In this document: positions 29,050-38,342 of the stretch, in pieces
How positions within the stretch are numbered: position 1 is the first letter of the stretch
Layout: each line of letters begins with the position of its first letter
Source: Candidatus Staskawiczbacteria bacterium
GTDB taxonomy: Bacteria > Patescibacteriota > Minisyncoccia > Minisyncoccales > Staskawiczbacteraceae
Direction of reading: 5' to 3'
Length of the DNA stretch: 39,575 nt
NCBI GenBank assembly: GCA_943357015.1
Contig: CALRFZ010000002.1
Location: 1-39,575 of the forward strand
Position numbers and translations under genes: made by a program
The notes under the pieces: model-generated
What the model saw: only the letters and a program-made list of their open reading frames with translations
The model's database searches: none
What the model was told of the DNA's origin: nothing

Positions 29050-29625
29050 TTATTTTATTTCCACCAGTCCCGATGTATTAACCGATACTGTTCTTTCTTG
29101 GGCCAGATCATCCTCAATCGCAAATATAATATTTACATTGCTTTGATTTGGTTGTAATTGGGTAATTGTAGTTGTGGGTCCCGGTGGAGTAAAATTTATA
29201 CTCACATTATTGCCAACCACATTTTGCACTTCCTTAATGATAATTCCCGGTTCAATAACACTAAGATCAATAACAGACACTAAATAATCTCCTAAATCAT
29301 ACTGAAAATTACCGGGATATTTATCGGCGTAAATAATATATTTTTTATTGTCTGACATATCCACATAAACTCCGTATCCGCTAATGGGTCGCTCAACACC
29401 ATTAGCATCTTTATACTTCATTGAAGTATTTTGGATTTTTCGGGTATTTTGCAAAAAACCGTGCACCGTCCGCGACAAAGATAAATTTAATCTAATTTGA
29501 GGGAAATTAGATATTAAAACTAATAAAAAAGAGGTCATTAAAGCTAAAACCACCATTATTTCGATAATAGTAAAACCCCTTTGGCGACAATTGACAATTG
29601 ACATTTGACAATTAACATTTGACAT
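29050..29625 (-). CDS. Minor pilin, FimU/GspH-like
   Basis: RG|FTIIEIMVV, GYGVY and C-terminal VSVNTSGLVE. Confidence 0.82.
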   Translation of the reverse strand: MSNVNCQMSIVNCRQRGFTIIEIMVVLALMTSFLLVLISNFPQIRLNLSLSRTVHGFLQNTRKIQNTSMKYKDANGVERPISGYGVYVDMSDNKKYIIYADKYPGNFQYDLGDYLVSVIDLSVIEPGIIIKEVQNVVGNNVSINFTPPGPTTTITQLQPNQSNVNIIFAIEDDLAQERTVSVNTSGLVEIK

Positions 29626-29638
29626 CTATTGAAGTTTT

Positions 29639-30442
29639 TTAAAAAATAAGAAAACTCGAATACCAATTAATTATTTGGTTGCCAAACAACATTGCTATCA
29701 ATGTTCCGACAATTAAAAACGGCGCAAACGGAACCTCGCTTTTTAGACCTTTTTTATCAAAAAATATCAATATCAAACCTATTATAGCACCTAAAAAGAA
29801 AGCTAAAAATAGCCCCACTAAAATATTGGGACATCCCAAAGTTAATCCCAGCAAAATTGCCAGCTTTACATCACCAAAACCCATCCACTGACCACGGGAT
29901 ATTAAATAAATAAACAAGAAAAAACCAGAGGCGATAACAACGGCTAGAAAGTAATTCCCAATTCCCAATTCCCAATTCCCAATCAAAATACTGTTAACAA
30001 TGCGATATAAAAATGTAATAAAAATAGCTGGGAATAACACTTTATCTGGAATTAGGTAAAATTTAAGGTCGTAGACAAAAATAACTATTAAAGAACTAGC
30101 AATATAGAATAAAAAAGCAAGATTTATTAAGTCAATCGCATTGAAAATTGGTAATTGGTAATTGGTAATTAGTAAAAATACTATCGCCACTGATATTTCT
30201 ACCAACGGGTACTGTATGGAAATTTTCTTACAACAGTATTGGCATCGCCCTTTTAAAAATAAAAAACTTAAGACTGGAATTAAATCCAACCAAACCAAAT
30301 TATGTTTACACTCTGGGCAATATGATCTGCCACCTAAAAAACTTTGATTTTGTTCTAGTCTATATATAGCGCAGTTTAAAAAACTGCCAATACAAAGGCC
30401 AAATAAAAATACTAAAAAATTAAGTAAAATCACATCAATCAT
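29639..30442 (-). CDS. pilD: Prepilin peptidase
   Basis: GSFLN, two CxxC motifs, YD and MGFGDVKL aspartates, PFAPFL. Start moved to ATG 30442, just below an extended -10 TGTTATAAT at 30452-30460. Confidence 0.94.
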   Translation of the reverse strand: MIDVILLNFLVFLFGLCIGSFLNCAIYRLEQNQSFLGGRSYCPECKHNLVWLDLIPVLSFLFLKGRCQYCCKKISIQYPLVEISVAIVFLLITNYQLPIFNAIDLINLAFLFYIASSLIVIFVYDLKFYLIPDKVLFPAIFITFLYRIVNSILIGNWELGIGNYFLAVVIASGFFLFIYLISRGQWMGFGDVKLAILLGLTLGCPNILVGLFLAFFLGAIIGLILIFFDKKGLKSEVPFAPFLIVGTLIAMLFGNQIINWYSSFLIF

Positions 30443-30469
30443 ATAAGAATAATTATAACACAGGTCCCA

Positions 30470-30510
30470 TAAATTAAAAAACACTTTTTTTAAAAGTGTT
30501 TTTTAATTTA
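30470..30510. terminator. Terminator after the major pilin
   Basis: 19-bp perfect inverted repeat TAAATTAAAAAACACTTTT/AAAAGTGTTTTTTAATTTA. Confidence 0.75.
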
Positions 30511-30525
30511 TCGCTAAAACAAAAA

Positions 30526-30939
30526 CTAAATGCAAGCTCCTGCGGCTGGACAAGCAAGCGCGCAAGTATTAGCTGATTCTTTTTTAACCCCAGTAGAATC
30601 AACACAGAAAACATTTCCTGCTGTTACCTTTAAGGTTGAGCAAGCGCACCATGCAGTATTAGTTCCGTTTTGTGTACAAGTTGAAGCACCGCCAGCGCCT
30701 GCAATAGCTAACTGAGGAACTGTCACATTTGTACTTGCACAAAAACCAGCGTAAGTTGAATTAGTGTCGTAAAAAACTGCACCGTTAGTTAAGATAGTAG
30801 ACAAGTTTCCTTTAATCGATGCGTCTCTGCCTTTGTTGATGTAAGAGGTGACATTTACCAATACAATACCCGTTAAAACGGCGATAATAGCAACCACAAC
30901 TAAAAGCTCAATAATAGTAAAACCTTTTGATTTATTCAT
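30526..30939 (-). CDS. pilA: Type IV major pilin candidate
   Basis: MNKSKG|FTIIELLVVVAIIAVL, Cys-rich C-terminus, own terminator. Confidence 0.85.
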   Translation of the reverse strand: MNKSKGFTIIELLVVVAIIAVLTGIVLVNVTSYINKGRDASIKGNLSTILTNGAVFYDTNSTYAGFCASTNVTVPQLAIAGAGGASTCTQNGTNTAWCACSTLKVTAGNVFCVDSTGVKKESANTCALACPAAGACI

Positions 30940-31005
30940 TTTTATTTTTTCAATGACCAAAGTCATTTTCTAATTATTAAATCTAAAATCTCGACCTTTT
31001 AAAAT

Positions 31006-31085
31006 TTATCCACATTCAATCTCACGCAAAACTAACTTTATTATATTATTTATTACTACAATACACAATAAATAATTGTGGATAA
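31006..31085. promoter_or_regulatory. Two perfect DnaA boxes in opposite orientation upstream of the pilin
   Basis: TTATCCACA at 31006-31014 and TGTGGATAA at 31077-31085. Confidence 0.55.
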
Positions 31086-31159
31086 CTCTATGCTAGCTGA
31101 TAAATAACAACTAACTACTAACTTCTGACTACGAATAAAACTACTCACTACAAACTAAC

Positions 31160-32368
31160 CTATATATTTCCTAGCGCGCCATATAAAGGAGCAAAAACTG
31201 ATATAGCCAAAATTCCCACAATCACGCCTAAAAATATAATCAACATCGGCTCTAGAAGAGTTAAAAATAAATCTATTGCTCGTTTAATTTCCTTTTGATA
31301 AAAAGCTACTACTTCCATAAGGGTCTTATCTAATTTACCAGTTTCTTCACCCACTTTAATCATCTGAATCACAAATGCTGGAAAATAAACTGGGTTGGCC
31401 AGTAAAACCGAACTAATTTTCTCGCCTTCAGAAACTTGTTTCCCTATTTGACCGATGATTTTTTTATAAACAGTGTTATTGACCGTATCTTCCGTAATTT
31501 TTAAAGCCTTATTAATAGAAATCCCCGAAGTCATAAGAGTAGAAATATTACCACAAAATCTAGCCAAAAACACTTTTCTTAAAATGTCCCCTAAAAATGG
31601 TATTTTAAGAGATAACTTGTCGTACAATTTTTTACCAGCTTCAGTTTTAAGATAAAAAAATATACCAATTGCGCAAATAAATAACGCTAAAATTATTGTC
31701 CACCAAAATTGGCCTAGTAAAGCATAAAAGCTCAACATTAGGGCAGTAAAATCTGATGGACTGCTAGTGGATTGCTCAATTAACTCTTTGATTTTTGGCA
31801 ACAAAAAAATAATAATGATATTAACAACCACAAAAAGAATTGAAATGGTAAATATAGGATAGATCATTGCCTGCTGGACCTGAGAAACAATATCGTGTTC
31901 TCGCTCCAAGTGTTCTGAAATATAATATAATGTTTCAGATATTTTGCCCGACAATTCTCCAGATCGAATCAAATTAACATAAAAATTATCGAAAGTTTTA
32001 GGAAAATGACTAAAAGCTTCCGATAAAGACACTCCACCTTCCACCAAACGCGAAACCTCAATAATAGTTTTTTTAAAGCCAGCTTTTTTCGTTTGAATTG
32101 CCAGACTTGCAAGACTCTGAATGACTGGCACGCGAGATTCAAGCATAACCGCTAACTGACGAGAAAATATTGCCAAATCTTTTGTTGAAACCTTACCCTC
32201 AAAACTAAAATTTTTAAAAAAAGAACCCTTAACATTTTCTGGTTCTATAGAAGTGACAAAAATATTATATTTTTGCAATAAAACCACGGCTAATTCTTTC
32301 GTATTAGCTTCAATTATTCCAGTTTCAATTTTTCCTTCTAAGGTTCGCGCCTTATATTTAAATTTCAT
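31160..32368 (-). CDS. pilC: Type IV pilus platform protein
   Basis: FSRQLA, GELSG, YP, GEETG.LD and LLEP GspF-family repeats. Confidence 0.95.
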   Translation of the reverse strand: MKFKYKARTLEGKIETGIIEANTKELAVVLLQKYNIFVTSIEPENVKGSFFKNFSFEGKVSTKDLAIFSRQLAVMLESRVPVIQSLASLAIQTKKAGFKKTIIEVSRLVEGGVSLSEAFSHFPKTFDNFYVNLIRSGELSGKISETLYYISEHLEREHDIVSQVQQAMIYPIFTISILFVVVNIIIIFLLPKIKELIEQSTSSPSDFTALMLSFYALLGQFWWTIILALFICAIGIFFYLKTEAGKKLYDKLSLKIPFLGDILRKVFLARFCGNISTLMTSGISINKALKITEDTVNNTVYKKIIGQIGKQVSEGEKISSVLLANPVYFPAFVIQMIKVGEETGKLDKTLMEVVAFYQKEIKRAIDLFLTLLEPMLIIFLGVIVGILAISVFAPLYGALGNI

Positions 32369-32374
32369 AATTTC

Positions 32375-32450
32375 TTGCGAGAAATTTCCTGCGAATTACG
32401 AATCTTGGCGAATTACGAATACTTTGCTTATGGATTCGTAATTCGTAAGA
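32375..32450. repeat. Heptamer array (CGAATTA / ATTCGTA family)
   Basis: 32388-32420 is a 30/33 inverted match to 1469-1501. Confidence 0.75.
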
Positions 32451-32454
32451 ATAT

Positions 32455-33519
32455 TTAAAGAAACAAATTCTTTAATTCCACTGGATTGGGTGAATAATCA
32501 ATGGCATTTTTTAAAGAAATTTCTTTTTGCCTGACCAGATCCCCTAAAGCTCGGTTTAAAGAAATCATTCCTTCTTTAGATGAAGTTTCAATTACTGATG
32601 GTATTTCATGGTTTTTATTTTCACGAATTAAATTTGAAATAGCGTTATTGCAAATCATAACTTCGCAAACCGGAATAAATCCCCCGCTAATTCTGGGAAC
32701 CAGCCTTTGCGATATCACTCCAAGCAAAGATGACGCTAACTGAAACCGAATTTGATTTTGCTGTTCCGCTGGAAAAACGTCAACCATTCTATTAATAGCC
32801 TGAGACGCTGAATTAGTATGCAATGTAGCAAAAACTAAGTGGCCAGTTTCGGCAGCGGTAATTGCCGTAGAAATAGTTTCTAAATCTCTCATTTCACCAA
32901 CCATAATTACATCAGGATTTTGCCGAAAAGTAGATTTTAAAGCATTGGCAAAACTGTGCGTGTCAGTTAAAACTTCTCGCTGTTCAATTATCGCCCTATC
33001 TCCCTGATAAATAAATTCAATTGGGTCTTCAATGGTAATAATATGCACGGACTTAGTATGATTTATTTCATCTAAAAGCGCGGATAGGGTAGTGGATTTT
33101 CCTTGCCCAGATGCGCCAGTTACCAGTAGCAAACCTTGTGATTTTTTAGTAAATTCGTGCAATACGGCCGGCAAAGCCAGTTCTTCTATTGTTCTAATTT
33201 TAGGAGAAATTAACCGCAAAGCCAAACTAATAGTGTCTTTTTGGAAAAAAATATTCACCCGAAATCTCGCCTTGCCGTCAAAGTCGTAAGAAAAATCCAT
33301 TTCTTTAGTTTCTAAAAATTTTACTTGTCTCGTTTCACCCATTAAATGAAAGGCAAAACCTTTAGAAATTTCTGGCGTAATAATTTTTTCCGAAAGAATT
33401 GGCACTAGTTGCCCGACAATTCTAATTGTCGGCGGATGACCAACGCAAATAATTAAATCCGAAGCCTTTTCTTTAATAGTAATGTCTAAGATTTTTTTAA
33501 AATTTTGCAGAAAATCCAT
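32455..33519 (-). CDS. pilT: Type IV pilus retraction ATPase
   Basis: GASGQGKST, TIEDPIE, GEMRD, AETGHLV and AISNLIRE (AIRNLIRE-like) motifs; start at ATG 33519. Confidence 0.94.
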   Translation of the reverse strand: MDFLQNFKKILDITIKEKASDLIICVGHPPTIRIVGQLVPILSEKIITPEISKGFAFHLMGETRQVKFLETKEMDFSYDFDGKARFRVNIFFQKDTISLALRLISPKIRTIEELALPAVLHEFTKKSQGLLLVTGASGQGKSTTLSALLDEINHTKSVHIITIEDPIEFIYQGDRAIIEQREVLTDTHSFANALKSTFRQNPDVIMVGEMRDLETISTAITAAETGHLVFATLHTNSASQAINRMVDVFPAEQQNQIRFQLASSLLGVISQRLVPRISGGFIPVCEVMICNNAISNLIRENKNHEIPSVIETSSKEGMISLNRALGDLVRQKEISLKNAIDYSPNPVELKNLFL

Positions 33520-33570
33520 AATGGTTAAATACGAAATTCGAATATATACATAGCTAAAACTATTTATATA

Positions 33571-33627
33571 TTGCGTCACTCGGTCAGCATTTGAAAATTA
33601 TATTTTCAAATGCTTCCCTTCGCTAGC
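33571..33627. repeat. REP-like palindrome between pilB and pilT
   Basis: Perfect 13-bp stem AGCATTTGAAAAT/ATTTTCAAATGCT with GC-rich flanks. Confidence 0.6.
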
Positions 33628-33679
33628 AGTATCGAAATTCGAAACAATAAACTAGCTTTAAACAATAAATAAAATATTT

Positions 33680-35407
33680 TTAATTTTCTTGGGTTACTCG
33701 GATAATTTCGGCAATTGTGGTCTGACCGTCAAGCACTTTTAAAACCCCTTCTTGCGCCATAGTTAGCATTCCTTGTTTTTGGGCAGATTTTAAAATAACA
33801 CTTTCGGCGGGATTTTTTAAAATTACTTCAATTAATTCTTCAGTTATTGGCAAAACTTCGTAAAGCCCCATTCTGCCCTTATATCCTTTAAAACTACAAA
33901 AATCACATCCATTCGCTTCAAATACTTGCAGGGGATTGGAAACTTTTAAGTCTTTTTTAATAAAATCTGGCAAAGTTTTTAAAATTCCAATAATATAATT
34001 TTTTACTTTTTCATTGGGATTAACTTTTTTCCGACACTTTGGACAAAGAGTTCTAATTAGTCTTTGGGCAATTACCGCCCGCAAAGTTGAGGGAATTAAA
34101 AATGGCCTGACACCCATATCAATTAATCTTGGAATAACTCCAACCGCAGAATTAGTGTGCAATGTTGATAGCACCACATGCCCCGTTAAAGCCGCGTTAA
34201 TTACCAGACTAGCAGTTTCTTCGTCGCGAATTTCACCCACCATAATAATATTGGGGTCTTGGCGTAAAATTTGACGCAAACCTTCAGCAAAACTATAACC
34301 AATATCGGCTCTAATTTGTGATTGATTAACTCCAGCAATAGAATACTCAATCGGGTCTTCAATGGTAACCACATTTACACTTTCCTGATTTAATATTCGC
34401 ATCAAACTATAAAGAGTGGTAGTTTTACCGGAACCCGTGGGTCCCGACGATAAAATTAATCCATAAGGCATTTTTAGAGCTTTTTGAATAACTTCTATAT
34501 TACGCGCTGAAAAACCCATATCATCAAATGATTTTAATCCTTCCATTGGGTTTAAAACTCTAATTTCTACTTTTTCACCGTATAAAATTGGAAAAGTTGC
34601 CACTCTAAAATCGATATCTTTATTATTAATCTTGGCTGAAAAACGACCGTCCTGAGGGATTCTGTTTTCATCAATTTTCAAATTAGCTAAAATTTTAATG
34701 CGCGAAACAATTGAAAGGTGAACTGATAATGGCAAAAAAAGACTTAAATGCAAAATACCATCTTGCCGAAAACGAATATTTAATCTATCCCGATTAGGCT
34801 CAATATGAATATCAGAAGCATTACCTTCAATGGCGTGTCTTAAAATTACCAACACCATTTTAATAACTGGCGCCTCATCGGCAAATTTATCGCTCACGCT
34901 GTTTTGATCTAAAGCTGTTAAAACTTCTTTTTTATCTTCTGTTTCCGTAATCTCCTGTAAAGCTTTTTTCGTTTCTATTTCTAAGGTTTTATACTGCTTT
35001 AAAATGGCGCGTAAATCGGAAAATGTAATCAAATAAACCTCACAGACAAAATTTTCCTTACGACTTAAAAATTGCAAAGCATTGCGACTGGCAATGTCTT
35101 CTGGGTAAACCATACCCACTCCAATGACTTTATCTTTTTTAAATAGTGGCACCATTTTATAGTTTGATGCGGCTGCTCCAGAAATTAACTCCAACGCCTC
35201 TTGAGGGATTCCTTTTTGATCAATTTTAGCTAATGGCACATTAATCAGTTTGCTTTTTAACTCAAAAAGCGAGGCCTCAGAAACAATATTATTTTCTAAA
35301 ATAATTTCCTCCTCGGTTTTAATCGATTTTTTTAGAATTGCAACAAGCTCATTTTTTTTCTGATCGGAAATTACGCCGTTGCCGTATAGTTCCTGAATAA
35401 GTTTCAT
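33680..35407 (-). CDS. pilB: Type IV pilus assembly ATPase
   Basis: ASDIHIEP, PQDGR, GPTGSGKTT, LRQDP and tetracysteine motif. Confidence 0.96.
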   Translation of the reverse strand: MKLIQELYGNGVISDQKKNELVAILKKSIKTEEEIILENNIVSEASLFELKSKLINVPLAKIDQKGIPQEALELISGAAASNYKMVPLFKKDKVIGVGMVYPEDIASRNALQFLSRKENFVCEVYLITFSDLRAILKQYKTLEIETKKALQEITETEDKKEVLTALDQNSVSDKFADEAPVIKMVLVILRHAIEGNASDIHIEPNRDRLNIRFRQDGILHLSLFLPLSVHLSIVSRIKILANLKIDENRIPQDGRFSAKINNKDIDFRVATFPILYGEKVEIRVLNPMEGLKSFDDMGFSARNIEVIQKALKMPYGLILSSGPTGSGKTTTLYSLMRILNQESVNVVTIEDPIEYSIAGVNQSQIRADIGYSFAEGLRQILRQDPNIIMVGEIRDEETASLVINAALTGHVVLSTLHTNSAVGVIPRLIDMGVRPFLIPSTLRAVIAQRLIRTLCPKCRKKVNPNEKVKNYIIGILKTLPDFIKKDLKVSNPLQVFEANGCDFCSFKGYKGRMGLYEVLPITEELIEVILKNPAESVILKSAQKQGMLTMAQEGVLKVLDGQTTIAEIIRVTQEN

Positions 35408-35429
35408 AATTTTGTAATTTTTAAATCAA

Positions 35430-35864
35430 TTACTTAATTGGAGCTTTAAGATTAGATTGGTAATAAGAAGTAAAGGGTTCGCTTCGACCAATATTTACTT
35501 CTTTTAAACTAACTACTTTAAATCCAGATTCTTCAAGTAAATTTTGGGCATCAAAAGGAGTGAGAGCTAAAATGTTGCCAGTAACTAATTTGCCCTGCTG
35601 ATTTTTAACCACATATACAAACTCGGTTTCCAAATTACTAAATAAGTTTAAATTTTTAACTTTTTCAGAATTTAAAATATCCAAATTAATTATAACATCT
35701 GGCTTGGAAAAAGACACTTTAACTTTAGCGCTAGGCGTCGCATTTAGAAACTTAGGAATTAAAATAACCAAAGAACCTATCACTAAAAGTAAAACCAATA
35801 ATATTAAAATGATTTTAATAACCGTTTTTTGTTTTTGTTTTGGCGAGATAAAAACAATAGCCAT
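35430..35864 (-). CDS. Single-TM pilus-cluster protein in the PilP position
   Basis: N-terminal TM, C-terminal GRSEPF motif, internal segment resembling the PilC N-terminus. Confidence 0.7.
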   Translation of the reverse strand: MAIVFISPKQKQKTVIKIILILLVLLLVIGSLVILIPKFLNATPSAKVKVSFSKPDVIINLDILNSEKVKNLNLFSNLETEFVYVVKNQQGKLVTGNILALTPFDAQNLLEESGFKVVSLKEVNIGRSEPFTSYYQSNLKAPIK

Positions 35865-35871
35865 AGTGATT

Positions 35872-35909
35872 AAGTTTCTAATTTCTAATTCCTAATTTTT
35901 AATTTCTAG
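35872..35909. repeat. Solo heptamer array (AATTTCT)n
   Basis: Five degenerate units; similar array at 37031-37060. Confidence 0.7.
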
Positions 35910-35913
35910 TAGG

Positions 35914-36468
35914 CTAGTAAGAATGAGTTTCCACTTCTAGTTGAAAGTCATATACCTGTTGTTGATTTTTTGATTTATTGGCATCTTGTGACGCAACTGG
36001 AGATTTGAAAGCAATAGCGTTTACCTCAAACAAGCGCGCGGAAGTTTCTAGTGAGGCTAGAAAGTTTTTTAATCCTTGATAATTACCTAAAACATTTAAA
36101 GTAAAAATAATATCTTTAATTTCTTTATTATCAGCTAAAGAAGAATTTTTTGTCATAACCACCGATTTTACCACCAGACCAGATTCAGCTCCCTTTTTTT
36201 GAAAAAAGTAGACTAACGGCGCCAAAGAAGAATCGGTTGGCAAAGCAATATTAATTTTTTCCAAAAGATCCTTTTTATCATCAATATCTTTAGATAAACT
36301 GGCAATTTTGGCATAATATTCAACATCTGCATCATACTTTGCCTGATTTTGCGCCAATTTATTTTCCAAACTAGATGATTCTTTGTATTTTGGAAAAACA
36401 AAAAGCAACGCCACAACAAGCGCAACGACAAAAATTATAATAGTAGAAAAGGTTTTATTAAATGTCAT
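35914..36468 (-). CDS. pilO: Type IV pilus alignment protein PilO
   Basis: TM, coiled coil, ALP and GNYQGLKNFLASLE..RL motifs. Confidence 0.85.
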   Translation of the reverse strand: MTFNKTFSTIIIFVVALVVALLFVFPKYKESSSLENKLAQNQAKYDADVEYYAKIASLSKDIDDKKDLLEKINIALPTDSSLAPLVYFFQKKGAESGLVVKSVVMTKNSSLADNKEIKDIIFTLNVLGNYQGLKNFLASLETSARLFEVNAIAFKSPVASQDANKSKNQQQVYDFQLEVETHSY

Positions 36469-36483
36469 ACAAACCAGCTTGAT

Positions 36484-37017
36484 TTAATAGCTAAAAATCT
36501 TGGGATTTAAGGTCAAACTTAAAGTAAATTTAATTTTCCCCTGTTCGGTTATTTGTGAATTTAACACAGAAATTGCGATTACATAATCTTTACTTTCTTC
36601 CAAAACTTTAATCTGATTACTCAAAGTTGCCATATTATCCGATTCTCCACCCAAATTAATATTATTTTTTGCCTCTAAAATACTAAGATTGGAAAACCAA
36701 ACGCTAGGCAAGGTCTTTTTTTCAATAAAGTTAAATATATTTAAAGATATTTTATGATTATTAATAATTTGACTTACGTCATCAATCTTTTTTTTATAAG
36801 CTAAAACTTTAGCCTCAACTTTTTTTTGTTCTGGGGTGTTATACAATAGCGCTTTAATATCCAAATCATTAATTTTTTTAGTATCTATATTAACTTTAAG
36901 CGCCAATACTATATAAATTAAAAACACAATCGCCAACAAAAAAATTGCAAGGTATAGCATTACGCTTGGCCAACGAGACTGATTATCTTTTAATTGATAA
37001 AATGCTCCAGAATCCAT
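36484..37017 (-). CDS. pilN: PilN-like protein
   Basis: TM, coiled coil and LPSVWF motif; lies between pilM and pilO. Confidence 0.72.
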   Translation of the reverse strand: MDSGAFYQLKDNQSRWPSVMLYLAIFLLAIVFLIYIVLALKVNIDTKKINDLDIKALLYNTPEQKKVEAKVLAYKKKIDDVSQIINNHKISLNIFNFIEKKTLPSVWFSNLSILEAKNNINLGGESDNMATLSNQIKVLEESKDYVIAISVLNSQITEQGKIKFTLSLTLNPKIFSY

Positions 37018-37120
37018 ATCAAGAAAATTTTGAATTTTTAATTTCTAATTTCTAATTTCTAAAATTTAGGAATTATATATTTTAAATTTGGACTTTAGTA
37101 TAAATTATACCTTAATAAAT

Positions 37121-38188
37121 TCACTCATCCAATCCTCCCAGCGCCACGCCAATTGTGGCAGAAAAACTTGGACTTAAATCCTTAAGGGTTTCCTCAAGTA
37201 TGGGCGGATACAAAAAATCGGAAAAACAATTAGGCGCCAAAACGGTCTTTTTTAAACTCTCGGAAAAATATTCTTTTAAACCCGGCAAATTAGCCGTGCC
37301 ACCAGTTAAATAAATTTCTTCAATTGGTTTTTTTTCTGCCTGCAAAAATTCCTCAACAATATTTTTTATATCTGCCAGCAGAGGATCAATTAAAAGGTAT
37401 AAAGCTTTAGTGACATCCTGACGCTTAAATAACAATCCCTCTTTATTAATTATGTCTTGAGCTTGCGCCAAATCTACCTCTAAAACCTGCGCAACAGATT
37501 TTAATAATTGCCCGCTATTAAAATTAAAACTATAACTTTTTCTCAAAAAACCTCTTTCCACAATATTAATTGTAGAACTTTGCGCGCCAATATCAATTAT
37601 GCAAATTGACTTTTTATTGTTTTTTACCAAGGCCCGCGCTACGCCCAAAGCCTCAGCTTCTAGCGCGTATAATTTAAGTCCAGCCAAACGAGCTATTTCT
37701 TTGTAAGATTGAATAACCTGATTAGGAACTGCCACCAAAAAAACCTTAATTGGTTTAGATTTATCTCTTTGCAAACTTGGCTCAACCAACCAATCTAATG
37801 TAACTTCTGAAATTGGCAAGGTAATATACTGGGAAGCGTTAAAGTAAATTGCATTTGGAATTTCCTTTTCTGTCATTTGAGGAATTTCAAACGAGGTGCA
37901 AAAAGTAGAAAAATCAGGGATAGAAAAAATAGCTGATTTGGTTTTAATATTTGCCTCATCCAAAACCCCGCGTATAGTTTTGGCAATAAAATCATTGGAA
38001 AGCAAAGACCGGCCTTTTTGATTGGCATCCATTAATTCTTTATAAAAAGATGCGGATTTAATTTCTCCGTAATTTTCCACGGTTTTTCCTTGACCAAAAC
38101 GAGAAATTTCCACTATTTTAATAGAAGAAGTGCCAATATCAATCCCCACCATTTTTTTCGGAAAAAACATTCTAAAAGGATTAAACAT
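37121..38188 (-). CDS. pilM: Type IV pilus protein PilM (actin-like)
   Basis: GIDIGTSSIK, IDIGA and LTGGTANLPGL motifs. Confidence 0.94.
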   Translation of the reverse strand: MFNPFRMFFPKKMVGIDIGTSSIKIVEISRFGQGKTVENYGEIKSASFYKELMDANQKGRSLLSNDFIAKTIRGVLDEANIKTKSAIFSIPDFSTFCTSFEIPQMTEKEIPNAIYFNASQYITLPISEVTLDWLVEPSLQRDKSKPIKVFLVAVPNQVIQSYKEIARLAGLKLYALEAEALGVARALVKNNKKSICIIDIGAQSSTINIVERGFLRKSYSFNFNSGQLLKSVAQVLEVDLAQAQDIINKEGLLFKRQDVTKALYLLIDPLLADIKNIVEEFLQAEKKPIEEIYLTGGTANLPGLKEYFSESLKKTVLAPNCFSDFLYPPILEETLKDLSPSFSATIGVALGGLDE

Positions 38189-38194
38189 AAGCTT

Positions 38195-38305
38195 AATTTT
38201 GAATTTCCAATTTTGAATTTCGAATAAATTTATAATGCGTCAATTTTATAAACAAAATCTGAAATTCGATTTTTATTCAAAATTCGAAATTCGAAATTAA
38301 AAATT
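38195..38305. repeat. Heptamer-armed palindrome (GAATTTC / CGAAATT family)
   Basis: AATTTTGAATTTCGAATAAA versus TTTATTCAAAATTCGAAATTCGAAATT. Confidence 0.8.
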
Positions 38306-38342
38306 ATGCTTTAATTATACACTATTTAAAAAATATTGTATT

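Noticed and set aside
30989..31000. AAAAGGTCGAGA motif upstream of pilA as an alternative ribosome-binding site
   Set aside because: Single clear occurrence about 50 nt from the likely start; not supportable from this window alone.
30940..31159. Replication origin at the DnaA box pair
   Set aside because: Only two boxes, inside a pilus cluster, with no dnaA or dnaN and no change in gene orientation.
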